Of a stretch of 64,000 nucleotides of DNA, positions 12,900-26,131 are shown piece after piece. The DNA comes from Lytechinus pictus (Eukaryota): assembly GCF_037042905.1 (NCBI RefSeq), contig NC_087251.1, forward strand, positions 26,724,001 through 26,788,000, written 5' to 3'. Within the stretch, counting starts at the first letter, position 1; every line of letters starts with the position of its first letter. The notes beneath the pieces were generated by a model that had not been told where the DNA came from, did no database searches, and saw nothing but the letters and a program-made list of their open reading frames with translations. The position numbers and the translations under genes are program-made.

Positions 12900-13600
12900 T
12901 TCTTATTAAAAACACATTATAACATCACTGATGCCATTTTATTCAGTTCGAACGTGTATTCCTGTTCGAGTCGGCACCTGTCGCACGCGCGCAAACTCAA
13001 GCATCGATCGGCACTCACCATCTTCCATCTCACTATCTCCCAGAATGCCCACCATCACCCAAGACAGCATGTTGACCTAGATGATGCCTCCCCGACCTGG
13101 GACCTATCATGTAAACAAACTCCATCCTCAACTCTCCATTTCGACCAATCTGGATGAACCTATCTCTTCTCAATCCCCACCGCAACGCTCACTTTCCTCT
13201 CATCATTAAAGCATTCTTGTGTCATCCTACTTGGCAGTAGCAGGTCAAGCTCGTCTATTTTTCGCTCCCTTGGTCACCCAAGTGATGCGTTCCTTCAACC
13301 CCGTTTCCGTGGTTACAAAGAAACCCTTCCCAATTATACATATACCATGTCTACATAAAAGTATAAATTATATTCCAGATTTCATCTTTACATTTAAAAT
13401 GTTCACGTCCATTTGAAGCCAGTGAGGGAATTCATGTCCCATCCCATCTAACTACATCACGGCCATTATTTACCCCGGGTATCGACTGACAGAGAGACTG
13501 CTTCAGAACTGTCGAAATTTTTATACCAATTTGTAACCAGAAGAACACTTCAGACAGACCAAGCTGATTACAAAGACTCTAGCTAATGTAACACACGCTA
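12900..13600 (+). pseudogene. Decayed Penelope-like retroelement 3' part: GIY-YIG-like remnant and degenerate hammerhead-like motif
   Basis: Translations NITDAILFSSNVYSCSS...KHRSAL and AGQARLFF resemble the Penelope/Neptune endonuclease pattern (ITD.FTC.SSNV.Y...EHRS...EQRLIF); CTGAC...GACTG...CTGTC-GAAA at 13486-13517. Confidence 0.4.
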
Positions 13601-16600
13601 TCAATACTGCTTTATTACTAAAATATATATCAAACTTTCCTTAAATTGCGATTAGTAATGCGTAATCCATATCAAGATATCCATCATTAACCCTCTACTC
13701 TTCTCATCCTCCGAGTGATCCAAAAGAGAATCTGTCCTCTTTTCCAGGTAAAGCTCATCAGATCTATCCATCTAGGCAATGACGTAAACAATAATATACA
13801 GTGCAAGGTTTGATTTGACCCCCTTTTACCTTCAAGTTGAAGGGACATCGAACTGATTTCTGAATTACAAGTCCGATGAACCTTAACTTCCTTACTCATC
13901 AAATAAGAATGAATATAGCCTCTGGTGTTGTACAATTCGCATAATGATTGTTTGCGTTATGGAATTTTTTTAACAGGTGTAGGAAAAAAACACCAATTGA
14001 GAGAAGACCCTAAACATTTAACATGTTTAAATGCCCTATCCAGAGCCAATTTAAATGTATTGATACATGAATGTCAGTCTAAAGAAATAAACAGTTTTAT
14101 TTTATTTTATTGGATGCTCGTGAATATTTCGTGTATAATGAATTGTATTGAACCTATTCGTATTATCGCTTCTTAAAGACCTACGAAATATGAATCTAAT
14201 TTTGGTTTCGACAACATAAGGCTTTTTTGCGGAGTTAATATATTCTTCTTCGGTGCATGTCTTAGGCTAATAATATCAAAAGAAACAACCCAACCCTCCT
14301 CTATTTCTAAGCGAATTATTCTATCTAAATAGCATTTTCGAATGAAAAGAATCTATACTATTCATGTTTTCATGTATGGCTAAGAAACAGAAATACATTA
14401 TACCAGCGTCAATATGCATGTGAAAATAGCAACATACCATTGACATTGTTCGCCATACAGCGTGACACGCATGAGTCATAATCCATGGTGTATTATCTCA
14501 ATTTTGCAATACCATTCCCCATTGAAATGGTAAGTCACGTGACTGGTTTGTTCTCATAATTGGCTTCCAATCCCATGGTTTTACTGCCAAGCATGTTTAC
14601 AAACCTTCAAGTCCACTCACACAGATCTGGAATACATCATACATGTTTGTATTTACATTTTGAAGATCGGTTAAGTTTAGAGGTTTTCTTTTATCGTTGC
14701 AGTTGAACTGGTGGGTTCATCGTTGATGATGTTTAAATGAAAATGAGCAAAAGCATTTCAAATTGACTATAAAACAGGCCTGGCTTATCATCAGTTTATT
14801 TTGAGCGGCGCTGAACGATATGGAGCACAAAATACTAACGAGGTACAGATTAATATCTTAGACCAACACGTGGCATAAGATGAAAATCTATACTAAAAGG
14901 TGTTACGTATTTTACAATAAATATTACTTAGAATTCAAAATTCCCTTTAGAAAGCCCACAGGAGTGGGCCAAAGCAGACTGAAAACGAAGGTAAATGTAG
15001 AGCTAAGGTAAAAGTTATTTTCAAGTGTTATAGTTATAAATTTAAAACGTGTTTCAACTTGAATCAGCCCAATATATATTAGCCATGTAAAAGCAGCAAA
15101 GAAGACAAAAAGCAAAGCAGTATTAATCTATTAATCTCTTTGCCTCAAAATCAATTGACCGGAGGCATGTGACAAACATGAAAACAAAGCGGTGGGACTG
15201 GGTTTGGGTCATGTTGATCAAGCTATTATGTATTTCAATCAATATGTGAAGTGGATGAAATGGACTGCTAGCAGTCTAGTACTAGTTCAATACCATCATT
15301 GTATTCCAATATAACGATTCCACGCATGGTTTCCACTTGCAGGCAACAACAACCTTTCAAAATTGGGTGATGAAAATTGACTCTCTTTTTTAATTGCTGC
15401 CAGGCTTAATTCAACTGCATTGAGCCCACATTGACTACAAGGAAAGTCAATACAATAATTAGATAGATGAACTGGAAAAGCAATAAACATAATGGTACTT
15501 ATAAAGCAATCAATAGCCAGGTTTAGCAATGATTGGGGTTAAGGGGCCGGCCTCCAATTCCGAATCCGGTACCCTATACACAAACTCGTGACGGAAAAAT
15601 TAACACCACACTTTGCGAAAAGGTGAAATTATGTAGACAGATCAGCAATGGAGAAGATGGAACATATTTTCCGCCATTTTTCGAGCCACAATGTGATAAC
15701 CCCCTTTTAATGTCGTTTATCGGATTATGCCCGATTTTAACACCATAATTCCTTTCTTCATCGAGGTAAACAAGTGAATTAGACAGAGCTTAACGATGGG
15801 AGGCTGTTTGGAAAGAAGGTGGATTAATATACCGTCTGTTCCACTTCATTTCTAGGTTTCCCGAGATCCGAAATTAAATTCACCCTTGGATATTTATCGC
15901 ACAAAATTCCACAGTCATGAAAATTATAATTGCAAGTAATGTTCACTTCATATAATAGGCGAGGCATGAATAATATCTGGAGAATCAAAGAGACATGCAT
16001 GTTTGTGTTGTTCCTGCTTTTATTATTGTTGTGTATGGGTCTATAGGAAGGTGTGTGTGTGTGTGCGAGTGTGTTAAAAAACTAGTATGAGAGAGAAAGA
16101 GAGAGTAAAATGGTGAAAGAGAGAAAGAGATGGTTTATGAATGTAAACGGGCGTGGTTATGTAATAGAATCGATAAGTTACCATCTAACTTAGATATCGG
16201 GCTTTATCACTTTCGCTTTCCATATAGGTGTGATATCAATCAGAGATAAACATACAGTGATCAAAATACTGTATGTTTATCCGACATTCATGTCACTCCA
16301 TCTATCGTCTACTCCAAACAGATCTAAATATAGAGTATTTTGAGTCGAAATACGTCAAATAAAGGGCGTATGTAGGCCTTGAGACTCGAACCTACCTCAA
16401 CTCGGAAATGCCAAATCGACACAATTCAGAAGAAGGCTACAAGATTTTGATTGTAAGATTTCATCTTACGGGAATTATTGTATATTCACTAAGGTTGTGT
16501 CAGATTGTTACTCTTTTTTTTCTACATCTGTAGGATCTGGTACTCTTATAACTATAAGACTTCGTCAAAGACCAGATTCTGCTCCCTTTTCAGATTTCTT

Positions 16601-17224
16601 TTTAAATAAATAATCAAGTAGTATGTTTCAGCATTTAGTATAGATGCAAATAGTTGTGGAATAGTCATTGTTAACCTAGAATGTGTCACATAACGAAACG
16701 AGATTCACTGACTTCATTTAGGACATGGCTTTCCCAATAGCCAATGCAGAGTAAACTACGGTCTCCTTTAACCTTTCCCGATGAACTCGAGTGATTATCG
16801 ATTAAGGTAGACAGAAGCTTCAAAATGAGTGGGTCCTTTGTAAAGTTTGTTCAACTCTGAAATGGGAGCCAGCTCAAGCATTGAAGCGTTATCATCTCTT
16901 TTCCCATCATACATTGCATGGAACCACGTGCTCCCATACATGACGGTCATGTAGAATTGTCATGTAGAAGAACATGAGCAGAGAAGCTCGAAAACGATGT
17001 TAAGAATCATTGGTGAGTTCCAGTCGTCATTGGTTGGTACAGGGACAGGGTCCTGTTTCACAAAACATGTTGTTCGTTTTAATGCCATTTAATTATGTGT
17101 AAAAAAATATGCTCTCAATCAAATTGCACCATCTTAATAGCTTACACAAGTTACTCGAAATGAATTATTACACGTCTAGAAATTAATGTCCAGCAATATA
17201 ATGCGCATATCGGAAGATCTATAA

Positions 17225-17626
17225 AGCCTGTCTCACAATATGTGATCAGGTACGACCTGATTTTTCAAGAAATCGCAATTTGCATTAAATATGAAAGTTC
17301 CAAGATGTAAAATTATTTCATTTAAAGTTTGGCATATTGTTAGGAAAAATGAAATCATATTTTTACTTTGCGACAAGCCCTATGGTCGGAATAAAGTCCA
17401 AATCGGCTTAAGTCGCAGCTGATGATGACGTCATTACGATTTCTAATTGAATCTGTTTTTATTCATTCAGGGAGGCTCTAACTGGACTGAATTTCGATTT
17501 CAGTAGTCCTACCACTATTCTGAACTCTGATCCGTAATATTTTATAAGTTGGATTATCCATATCAAATATTATCAAAATTAATTTGAAATTCGGATCGCA
17601 ACGAATCGCATAGTGTAAGACGGGCT
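17225..17626. mobile_element. PIF/Harbinger-like MITE (402 bp), related to 53986-54398
   Basis: Ends AGCCTGTCTCACAATATGTGAT and ATCGCATAGTGTAAGACGGGCT; TAA on both flanks; shares internal blocks (AAATCGCA.TTTGC, ATTTCATTT, ATGACGTCATTAC) with 53986-54398. Confidence 0.75.
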
Positions 17627-17754
17627 TAAACCTAAATAGGTTGTCAAACAATCAGGTGTCCCTGGATTCATAACTAATGGTTCAAATAATGAAGGTCGGA
17701 GTTATATAAGCTGTCATCAAAGTTTTTCAAATAGCAAGGCGACTTAAAGACCTG

Positions 17755-17925
17755 GGGGCGGTTTCATAAAGCTGTTCGTAAGTTAAGAGCGACTTTAAGA
17801 ACGACTGGTTAACCTTTCTTATGCGTTTAACCATCGCCAATGAATAAGCCATTTTCCACAAGAAAGGATCACCAGTCGTTCTTAAAGTCGCTCTTAACTT
17901 ACGAACAGCTTTATGAAACACCCAC
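17755..17925. mobile_element. Palindromic MITE at a CWG site (Harbinger-like)
   Basis: ~49-bp perfect arms GTTTCATAAAGCTGTTCGTAAGTTAAGAGCGACTTTAAGAACGACTGGT and its reverse complement; flanks CTG/CAG; related to 51930-52099. Confidence 0.85.
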
Positions 17926-20689
17926 CAGAATGGCTTTTCTTTCCATAATCGACTTAGCAAAGGTAATAATGGTAATGGTGGGCTCCCCTTTTTAGTCCGA
18001 CTCTGTTACCACGGATATGAAAAAAAGCATTTGTTCTAAAATTTCTTTTGGCAGTTACCAAAAGCTACCTTTCATAAAATACCTAACTTCCTTACATCAG
18101 ATATCGCCAATACTCCGTCTACGGCTAGGGTCTACAGATTAGCACATACGCGACCATGTTAAATGACATATTTTCAGTAAGTAGGCCTACAACAGGAAAG
18201 TAAAAGTGAAATAATTTAATTCACAAATTAGATGGGACATAATAATAGCTACTGATCATGCTAAATACTTGGGCCTAACCGACAGGACTGTGTGTCGAAG
18301 GCGACTTAGACGGTGGACCGGAATTCCACCAATTATGTATGTCAAACTGTATCATAGCTCTGTCAGTACTTTCATAGAATTTTACAAATATATTATTGGG
18401 ATCATATCAGGAACTGGTATGCTTTTTCTGTAGGTATTATAAAACATATAGAGCGTGTACAAAGTCATTCTAACCCATTCTTATCAGGTTTTGCACCGAT
18501 GCTTTTCCATAATAGTCATTAAATCTTCAGCCAACCACAGGAAAATCATCCCAAACGAAAAGGACTTAATTGGTTTACTTCTCTAACAGCCCATGTGATG
18601 AACAAACCAGTTTAGTTTGTAAAGTACCCCCACCCAAGGATCTACAAAATACTGAGAAAAGAGCCCAAAGTCCCATGCGCGTTATTGAATGTGTGCATGC
18701 AGCTGTGTCGTGTGGTGCCAACTGCGGAAGTAAGGCTTGCTATAAGGGCTTGGCAAAATCGGCTTATAGTCGAATGAAAAATCACTGGAGTAGAAACTTT
18801 CATGTCACTTTATTACAACACATGAAACAGTCGCTTGACATGTTAGGGTAGCGACTCGACAACATAATAAGAGAGTCTCTATTTCTGTCTCTGGTGTCTT
18901 CTAACCCGACCTGATTGCGAGATAACAATCGGTCGCGACTATTTTCAATAATTTCAGTAGCAATGCTTTGATTGATATCGTCACAGGTTGGAAACAATAT
19001 ATAGGTACTGTCTGGAAAATATGGAAAAGAATACAATTAATGAAATCATTGTCTATTGGATTAGTGGTTGCATGATCTTCAGTGAAGTGCATGAGTGGTT
19101 CCTCACCTGGTGAGATCTTGTGATTGAGAACGATAAAATTGGGAAGTTTTAAAGCTTCCCTCTTTTTTTAGATCCAAATGAGAAGTTAAAGAACTCGTAT
19201 ATACTCTGAAAACAGTATTAACATCTCTTCCTCTATTCATAAACAGGTCTGTGTGGAATAAATTAGAAAATAGTAATGCATATAAACTGTTTTTGATGGC
19301 TAGACAGCAACGCCTACGAAGACATAACAGAACTGTGAGAAAAATGGGTCGTTTGCAGGGGAAAAATATATCAAAGAGGAAGAAGAAAGTTTTGTTATAA
19401 GAATAGAAATGGATCAGAGACAGACATGAGAGATAAATGAAGAGAAAGGGCGAGAGAGTTAGGGGGAGGGGAGGGGTAAAGATATAGAATTTTTGACGGT
19501 GAGAAGTAAATGATACGTATATTTTTATTTTGTACAGACGGATGGATAAATACATCTGGATATTGATAGAGAGAAAGAGACAGAGAAAGATAAAAAGAGA
19601 GGGGCAAGGACGAAAGGAAAGAGAGAGATAAAGACATGGAGAAAGAGACTAAAGAGGAGAGCACATTGAGTGTGACAGCTCTGGGCATGAGACAGAGAGA
19701 GGGAGAGTTGGTTACATCCAAATAGGGGCAAGAGACGTGCCATGGCATTCCACACACGCCTGCAAGGGGCGCAGAGGCCAGCCGCCTAGGGATCGCTTTA
19801 TTAATGGTGTACTCACATGGGCGCATCCAGGGGGCAAATGGGGACAAGTTGTCTCCCGGGCGGTAAAGCACCATGCAACAAACTTCAATGCTTTCCCCCT
19901 CCCGCCCAGTTGTCATTTGATAGCCAATGCCATGCCCTTCAGCAAGTCATCAGAATCCGCCATTGCTGGACTCTAAGATAATTCGATTTTCATTCAACCC
20001 TTAAGTATCCGCACTTTCTGTTGAACCTCACCCGAGCAAAACCCTTAACCCACACCCACATCACTTAACCCTATCCTTGATCATATATCTCAAACGCCAT
20101 GTAGCATTAGTTCTGCCGAGAAAAAGGACTTCACATGCAAAAGTCATATTTGAATTTGGAGCCTTCACATATGGATAAGTAAATTTTGGCCTTCCAAATA
20201 CATGTTCTGAAACTTATTCACTTTCTATTTTCACAGTCCGGTTGCATGAATCTTATTATGAGCTTTTGTCTGATCATTAACACAAAGATAGTATTTCTGC
20301 GGTACCACTTTATGCATTAAAACTCTTCTTTTAGAGCGCATTCGGTCCAATTAGGATACAAGAAAATATGAATTGTAGGACACTTCCGAGATCATGTCAA
20401 TATGGAGACTTAATGGTACTTAAAAATTCAAATCAATTAAGAAAATATTGACATCAAATGAGGGCTCTTGATATTACTGGACATTACTCGAGAAACTCCA
20501 TTTTCCTCTAACCAACGCGACCTTTTTAAAGTTCATGCACTTCTAGGAGACCATCGAGTCGATAATTACTTAGACTGATTCTCATTTCAAGTCGTTATTT
20601 CCTTCATTTAATAAATGTAATTCAACACTTTGAATTTCCTCCCCGAATGCCCTTACTTCATATGCTACACACACAGAATTAAATAAGCA

Positions 20690-21040
20690 GCTAATAAGGT
20701 GATATGACAATACCCATGCCAAGACATCTAGCCACAATTTAGAAATGTGTTCCAAATAATGAAACATTTCAAAAGTCGTCGTTGCCTGAACTGAGGCTAA
20801 ATTCATGTCACGCTGGTTTTGAGTCAACATCGAAACAATTGATCGTCCTCACGATCATTGGTAATCGATAGCAAGGTGGTGTGCGTACCGTCTGCTGGCA
20901 TCACAATGAAGCCGTTCAATAGTCCCTCATGGGTTCCTTTATACAAGGCAAATAGAAACACTGTCTGGACGATTCTAAAGGTGTTTTGAAGTTTCAACAA
21001 TAAAAGCAAATGTTGCTTGCTTTTGCATGATACCATTTGG
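20690..21040 (-). pseudogene. Highly decayed CR1/L2-type LINE reverse transcriptase fragment
   Basis: Colinear minus-strand peptides LLNGF...GTHTTLLSITND, TTTFEMFH and VLAWVLSY resemble Q.GF...HSTETALL.ITND, SAAFDTVDH and L.WF.SYL of CR1/L2 RT. Confidence 0.4.
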
Positions 21041-21380
21041 TAAAGCAAAATTCTAACCGTTTAAATTGGGATTGCATTATAATAATTTAATTGGCTTTGG
21101 AAGAAAAACAAATCTTTGAAAAACTAGTGCGAGAGCACAGTCAGAATTCATGACTTATTGCAATAATTGCACTTTTCATTGAAGAAATCACACAAAAATC
21201 AAAGTTTAAAGAATTATTGTTTAATAATGATGATTATGATATCATATTATGAGTGAAATGATATCCATATGAATCAAGCAGTAACAACTCAACTCACAAG
21301 CCAAAATCTTGACTTGATAAAAAACATGACAGAGGGCCACTTTAGAAATCAGCATAAAATATTCATTTCTGCGGCTGCCA

Positions 21381-21526
21381 CAGGGGACGCGGAATGGTTT
21401 TGAAAGTGCATGGGGGGCTGACCATGAAAAAACAATAATCAGATGGTCATATTTACGTTTTTGTATACGGTTTTCGAAAAAAATGCCCCCGCGCCCCCCC
21501 CCCCCCCCCCGTTTCCGCGGCCCATG
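21381..21526. mobile_element. hAT-like MITE with subterminal G/C runs
   Basis: Ends CAGGGGACGCGGAA and TTCCGCGGCCCATG; TGCCA directly repeated at both flanks (only 5 of the expected 8 TSD bases). Confidence 0.6.
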
Positions 21527-23904
21527 TGCCATGCAAATGCGCACCCTCTTTGTGTAACATGTTATGCTTGTCTGAGTTACTTGTGTTTCTCACGTTCGTA
21601 AGTGATTCGTTCATGAAGGTACCATGGGTCTATAAGCTTCGGACAGGGGTTAAAAGAGAGAAAGTAAAACTATTATATAACAAGTCCACATCTAAGCCAG
21701 ATAGATCCAACACACTGCATGAGGGTTCAATACCAATCCGATAATGCGTGGTTTGTCGAGAAAATTATTATCGTGATCATTCATCAAGCTCATGGTCACT
21801 TAATTTCAGTCAATGAACCATCTGGGAAGATTCCGCCGTCATTAACTGTTACATGCTTTAAGTTTAAATGTAGTTTAGCTAATACCATTTCAGTTAATCT
21901 TCATGTCAACAGAGTACGCATTTTCTACTTAAATCCGAGAGTATGCAAACAAACACTGCATGAATTTCTACTCCTTTCATTTAATGTGCATTAATACATG
22001 CCAAACGAATAAATGCTGACAGCGTGATCTGATGGTTTAGTTGACGTGAATATTTTTTTATGAAATGTAGTACCGTACACGAATTAACACCACCTTATAG
22101 CCCTATCATTGTACACACAAAGTAAGTCAGTTTATCCAATTCATTAAATCATCCAACATAACTCTGTTTAGTCTTTATTCATCAAACAGATATATAAAGC
22201 ATCATCTACATGTCATGCTTGTAAGTCAACTATGACGACTTAATAAAGAAGTGTAAGGAAGTATAACCGAAACATTTGGCAATCGGTCATCAAAACTGCT
22301 TTATTAACCTGGCGTTGTGTGCCTTCTCCATTATCCAATCATGTAAGACCAGGCATGTCATATTGGCGAGCCGCCGTCCTCTCCCCCGCCCCGTAAAACA
22401 CCTGAAAGATATATACCTAAACACATTCTGAATTACTTTTATGGATATTCTCTTATTGAAAAAAAAAATCTCGGCAAATGCGGTCCAACCTCACCGTACA
22501 TACTTTCGAATTGAAATATTTTCGCGACCCCATCCCCACTTTCATTCGGAAGACGCCAGGCATACCCCAGATGGAACATATCTCTTTGCTGACGAAGGGC
22601 CAATATCAGACAGATGTTTTTATTCCTGCCGACTGTCCAAGATTAGGGCTGGACGCTAATTAAAGAGATTTAACCTTTTGACGTCATATATTGCGATATG
22701 CTTTTCCGCACATGATCACAGGATAAGTCAATTTTGGAGACGCTTCACTGAAAAATGGGTTTTATACGATATAACCATACTGATCTATCCAAGACCATAT
22801 TGACCAAAAAACGCCGTAACACACATTCAAGTCTCGATCAGGTTTTCCTCAAATTCAACCTTTCTCTTGTTAAAAAGAAATGTTTTATTCATCATATTTA
22901 CCGCTATGACTGATTTGGAAAAAAAAAATTGCTAGAATATGTTAGTGTAGAGGAGAGGGCCTTTTTTTGTATACTTTATTATAATATCTTACTGATTGCT
23001 TTGTTTTGTTGCAACCCCTGTCCTTAGTCCATGTACATTGAAGCCTTCTCCCTCCTTTTCAATTTTCTTCCTTTCATCTTATTTCAATTGTATTCATGTA
23101 TCACTGTTTTGTCTCATGGAGCATTCACCACAAACCATTTTGTTTAATTTTTTTATCCAATGTTAATTTCCCCTCGTTTTCATTCATTCTTTGCATAACA
23201 CTTTTTTTTTTAACAAAACCTTGGAGGGAGTGCGCCCATGCAATGTCATACATACGCCTATTCCAGAGTTACACTATTTCGTTCGTTATGATATATCTAT
23301 ATCTCATATTGTCGTTTTCTCCGCAATGTAAAACCAATATTCCACACAAGTGAAGCATGATTTTAATTGTTCCCCCACATATTCAATCGATAAGGTGGAG
23401 TTTCCTAATTGGTCCCTGGCTAATGAAGGCTGTAGTGTTTCACACGTGTAATGATTGGACGGTTCGCGGGATGCCTTTGCCACCAAATATTCATGCTTTA
23501 TGATAGGGGTATAAACCCGCCAGAAAGGATCGCCACATAAAACATAAACATAAATTAGTTAGTGTTCAAGTAGAAAAGGAAGATGATAGATAGAGAATGA
23601 AGTATATTGGGACTATGAGTGCAGGGGTGAAATTCAGGTGATGGGGGGAATAAGTGGTACATTTGTGGGTTCCACACATTTCAAGAAATTACCTTTAAAG
23701 TGAAGTCTAATTCTAGTTTTAAAAAAATATTTAAATATAAACATACACATCCTTTCCGCTCCTTCCATTACTTATTGCCTGATGAGCATTGTGAATCCTT
23801 ATTACCCATCATTACAAGAACTGTATTGATAATAATTATGACAGTTGAGGTCGGTACATAATAAGGATCAAGGAATAAATCCATGTAAATCCGTGATGAG
23901 AAAC

Positions 23905-24254
23905 AATAAATTTTAGCGGTGTTTAATCGCTCAAATGATTTACAGTCGCAATTTGCACAATTCGTCGCGCGGTAGTTGCGCGGAGCGGCAGTTCTTATTG
24001 CGGCTGTGGTACTTGCGGTCACCTAGATCAAACGAAACCGCTCACATGGCGGCGCTCCATATAAAGTGGCCGCCTGTTTGTACTGCCGCGATGTTTACAA
24101 AACAGAATTCCTCGGGAAGTTACCGCGCATCAGAGGCGTGGGAAAGAAGCCTTTACTTGCATTCAGCATGAGTATACCGAGAGAATATAATCATTTTGAG
24201 TTGTGGTTTCGTTGAGAACACTTGTTATGTGTGAATCATCCCAATTTTAATTCC
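23905..24254 (+). repeat. Split direct repeat A1 (350 bp)
   Basis: Identical by eye to 28632-28981 at a constant offset of 4727; CpG-rich, with a TATA-like CATATAAAG near 24058. Confidence 0.95.
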
Positions 24255-25041
24255 ATCTAGGACTCGATATTGGAACTAATATCAACAGCGATAGGATTAA
24301 TAGTATCGCAGCGGCCCCTGCTTCGATTCAAATCAAATTGAATTTCAAACCTTTTGCATATGTTACATCGCGGTTTAACCTGCTTCTGGGTCTCAAGTTG
24401 AAATTTCGTAAATGATCTGGTTTCAGCAATTCTCGTTGGGGAGCCTGATTTGAGCTGTTTAGTGGAAACCAAGGAGAAATCCAAATTTCTCGTATTTATG
24501 ATGTACTTGGTGGATTTATACGAACTGGTGACCGACTAAGCAAGGATATCGAGGTGGAGAGCATCCTACTTTAAAGCTACAGTTGATGCCGCAAGGATGA
24601 GATATGTTCATTCTTCTTCTTCATTAGTTTTGCCTCGCAGATTATAGACAAAAGATTCCTACCTAACAACAAACAATACTGGCCAGATACTATAGGAAAT
24701 ATTTGGCATGCTCCATGTGGTTATAAAGGAATGAAGGTGGCGAGTCGGTATTCGTGGAAAAAGTCGGGGCCGCAGAACTTGATTGCAGTTTGTGCGTGGA
24801 GTTCATACAATTGCAGTCGGTTGGCAATTAGACCTGAAAATGTAACTTCTTTTGTCCAAGTGATGTTCATGACTAGAGGGTTTTTAGTCGTTAATGAGCT
24901 TGACTGACGGAGTTGATCTTTAACGGACCCTCGAATGCAGTAGACCATGGTTCCTTGGTAGATCCACGAGAGACCAAGGCTAGGATATGCAAGCATCCTG
25001 TGAGTATGGTATTGAGTTGGATCTACATGTATTTTCATATA

Positions 25042-26131
25042 TTTTAGGTTGACCGCCGATATACCGCCGCCCAGAGCAGCGCCTCAGTCCGTTGTCTGAA
25101 AATGTATAGATTATCCTGCATACTTCAGACTTCTAATAACTGCTGTCGAGTTGCTCTTTCAAAAAAAAATAAAAAATAAAAAATAAAATATGACTTGCCC
25201 TTCAAAATGCCGTCTTCTTCACCGAAATTCAAATCGAATATAGCATACGTTCAAAAAATTCATATTTATAAAGATGCTAAATATTAAATTTGTAAAATGG
25301 CCATAACTTCCTTAAGTTTGTTTGCATCTTCGTTTTATATTTTCAGGGTTTACTAATCATGCCATCTCTCAACATTCTAGCACGCATCAGTGATCATTAA
25401 GTTAAGATCTAGCACCCTCGATTTAAAAGTCGAAAATACTAAAGTGGCCATAACTTCCTTGTTTTCAATTATTCCGGTCTCATATTTGCAGAGTTTGCCT
25501 ATGGTATCATCCATCATAAATCGAACGGTTTTTACGCATCAGTGACCAATACCTTACTAAATAGCACCCTCTATTGAAAAAGGGCAAATGTGAACTTGCC
25601 ATAACTTCCTCGTTTGCATCCATTTTGGTCTCATATTTTTAGAGCTTACTAATTATGACTACATCCTTCATAATTCACTGGTTTGTTACGCATCAGTGAC
25701 CATTATCTTTAAAAAGAGTGCCCTCTATTGAAAAGTTGAAAATAGTAAAATAGCCATAACTTGTTGTTAATTATTTTGGTCTCGTATTATCAGGGTTTGC
25801 CTAGGGTATCATCCCTCACATTTCAAACGGGTTTTTCGCATCAGTGACCATCACCTTAATGAATAGCGCCTTCTATTGAAAAGTTGCAAAATACAAACTT
25901 GCCATACTTAATTCCTCTTTTTCATTCAATTTGGTCTCATATTTTCAGGGTTTGCTTATGGTATCATCCCCCATTATTCTAATGTTTTTCTTACGCATCG
26001 GTGAAAATTAGCTTAATAAATAGCGCCCTCTATTGAAAAGTGGAAAGTAGTGAAATGGCTGTAAATTGTTTTCATTCATTTTGGTGAGTTGACAGTACGT
26101 AGCTCAAGAGGTCCCTTCGGGCACGTTTGTT
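25042..26131 (+). mobile_element. Helentron-associated (HINE/DINE-1/pearl-like) non-autonomous element nested in the RT remnant
   Basis: Starts TTTTAG, has an internal ~150-bp tandem core, ends with the short hairpin CCC-TTC-GGG then TTTGTT in a T-rich site with no TSD; RT-like motifs resume immediately after it. Confidence 0.6.
25290..26080. repeat. Tandem array of about five ~150-bp units
   Basis: Recurring GCCATAACTT, CGCATCAGTGACC and AGCRCCCTCTATTGAAAA; the last motif at 25411, 25563, 25717, 25865, 26022 (periods 152, 154, 148, 157). Confidence 0.92.

Noticed and set aside
19107..19205. 99-nt minus-strand exon candidate (TTTTCAG ... CAG|GTGAG)
   Set aside because: Splice signals fit, but the pyrimidine tract is short and the peptide is unrecognisable; such matches occur by chance.
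19103..19916. Longest ORFs (150 and 173 aa, minus strand)
   Set aside because: Kept open by a GA-rich low-complexity tract; no recognisable domain.
23780..23800. Hammerhead ribozyme at CTGATGAG
   Set aside because: No stem II closed by GAAA follows; the same applies to CTGATGA at ~43051 and ~63085.
25290..26080. CRISPR-like array
   Set aside because: Whole units are homologous with no unique spacers; eukaryotic context and no cas genes.
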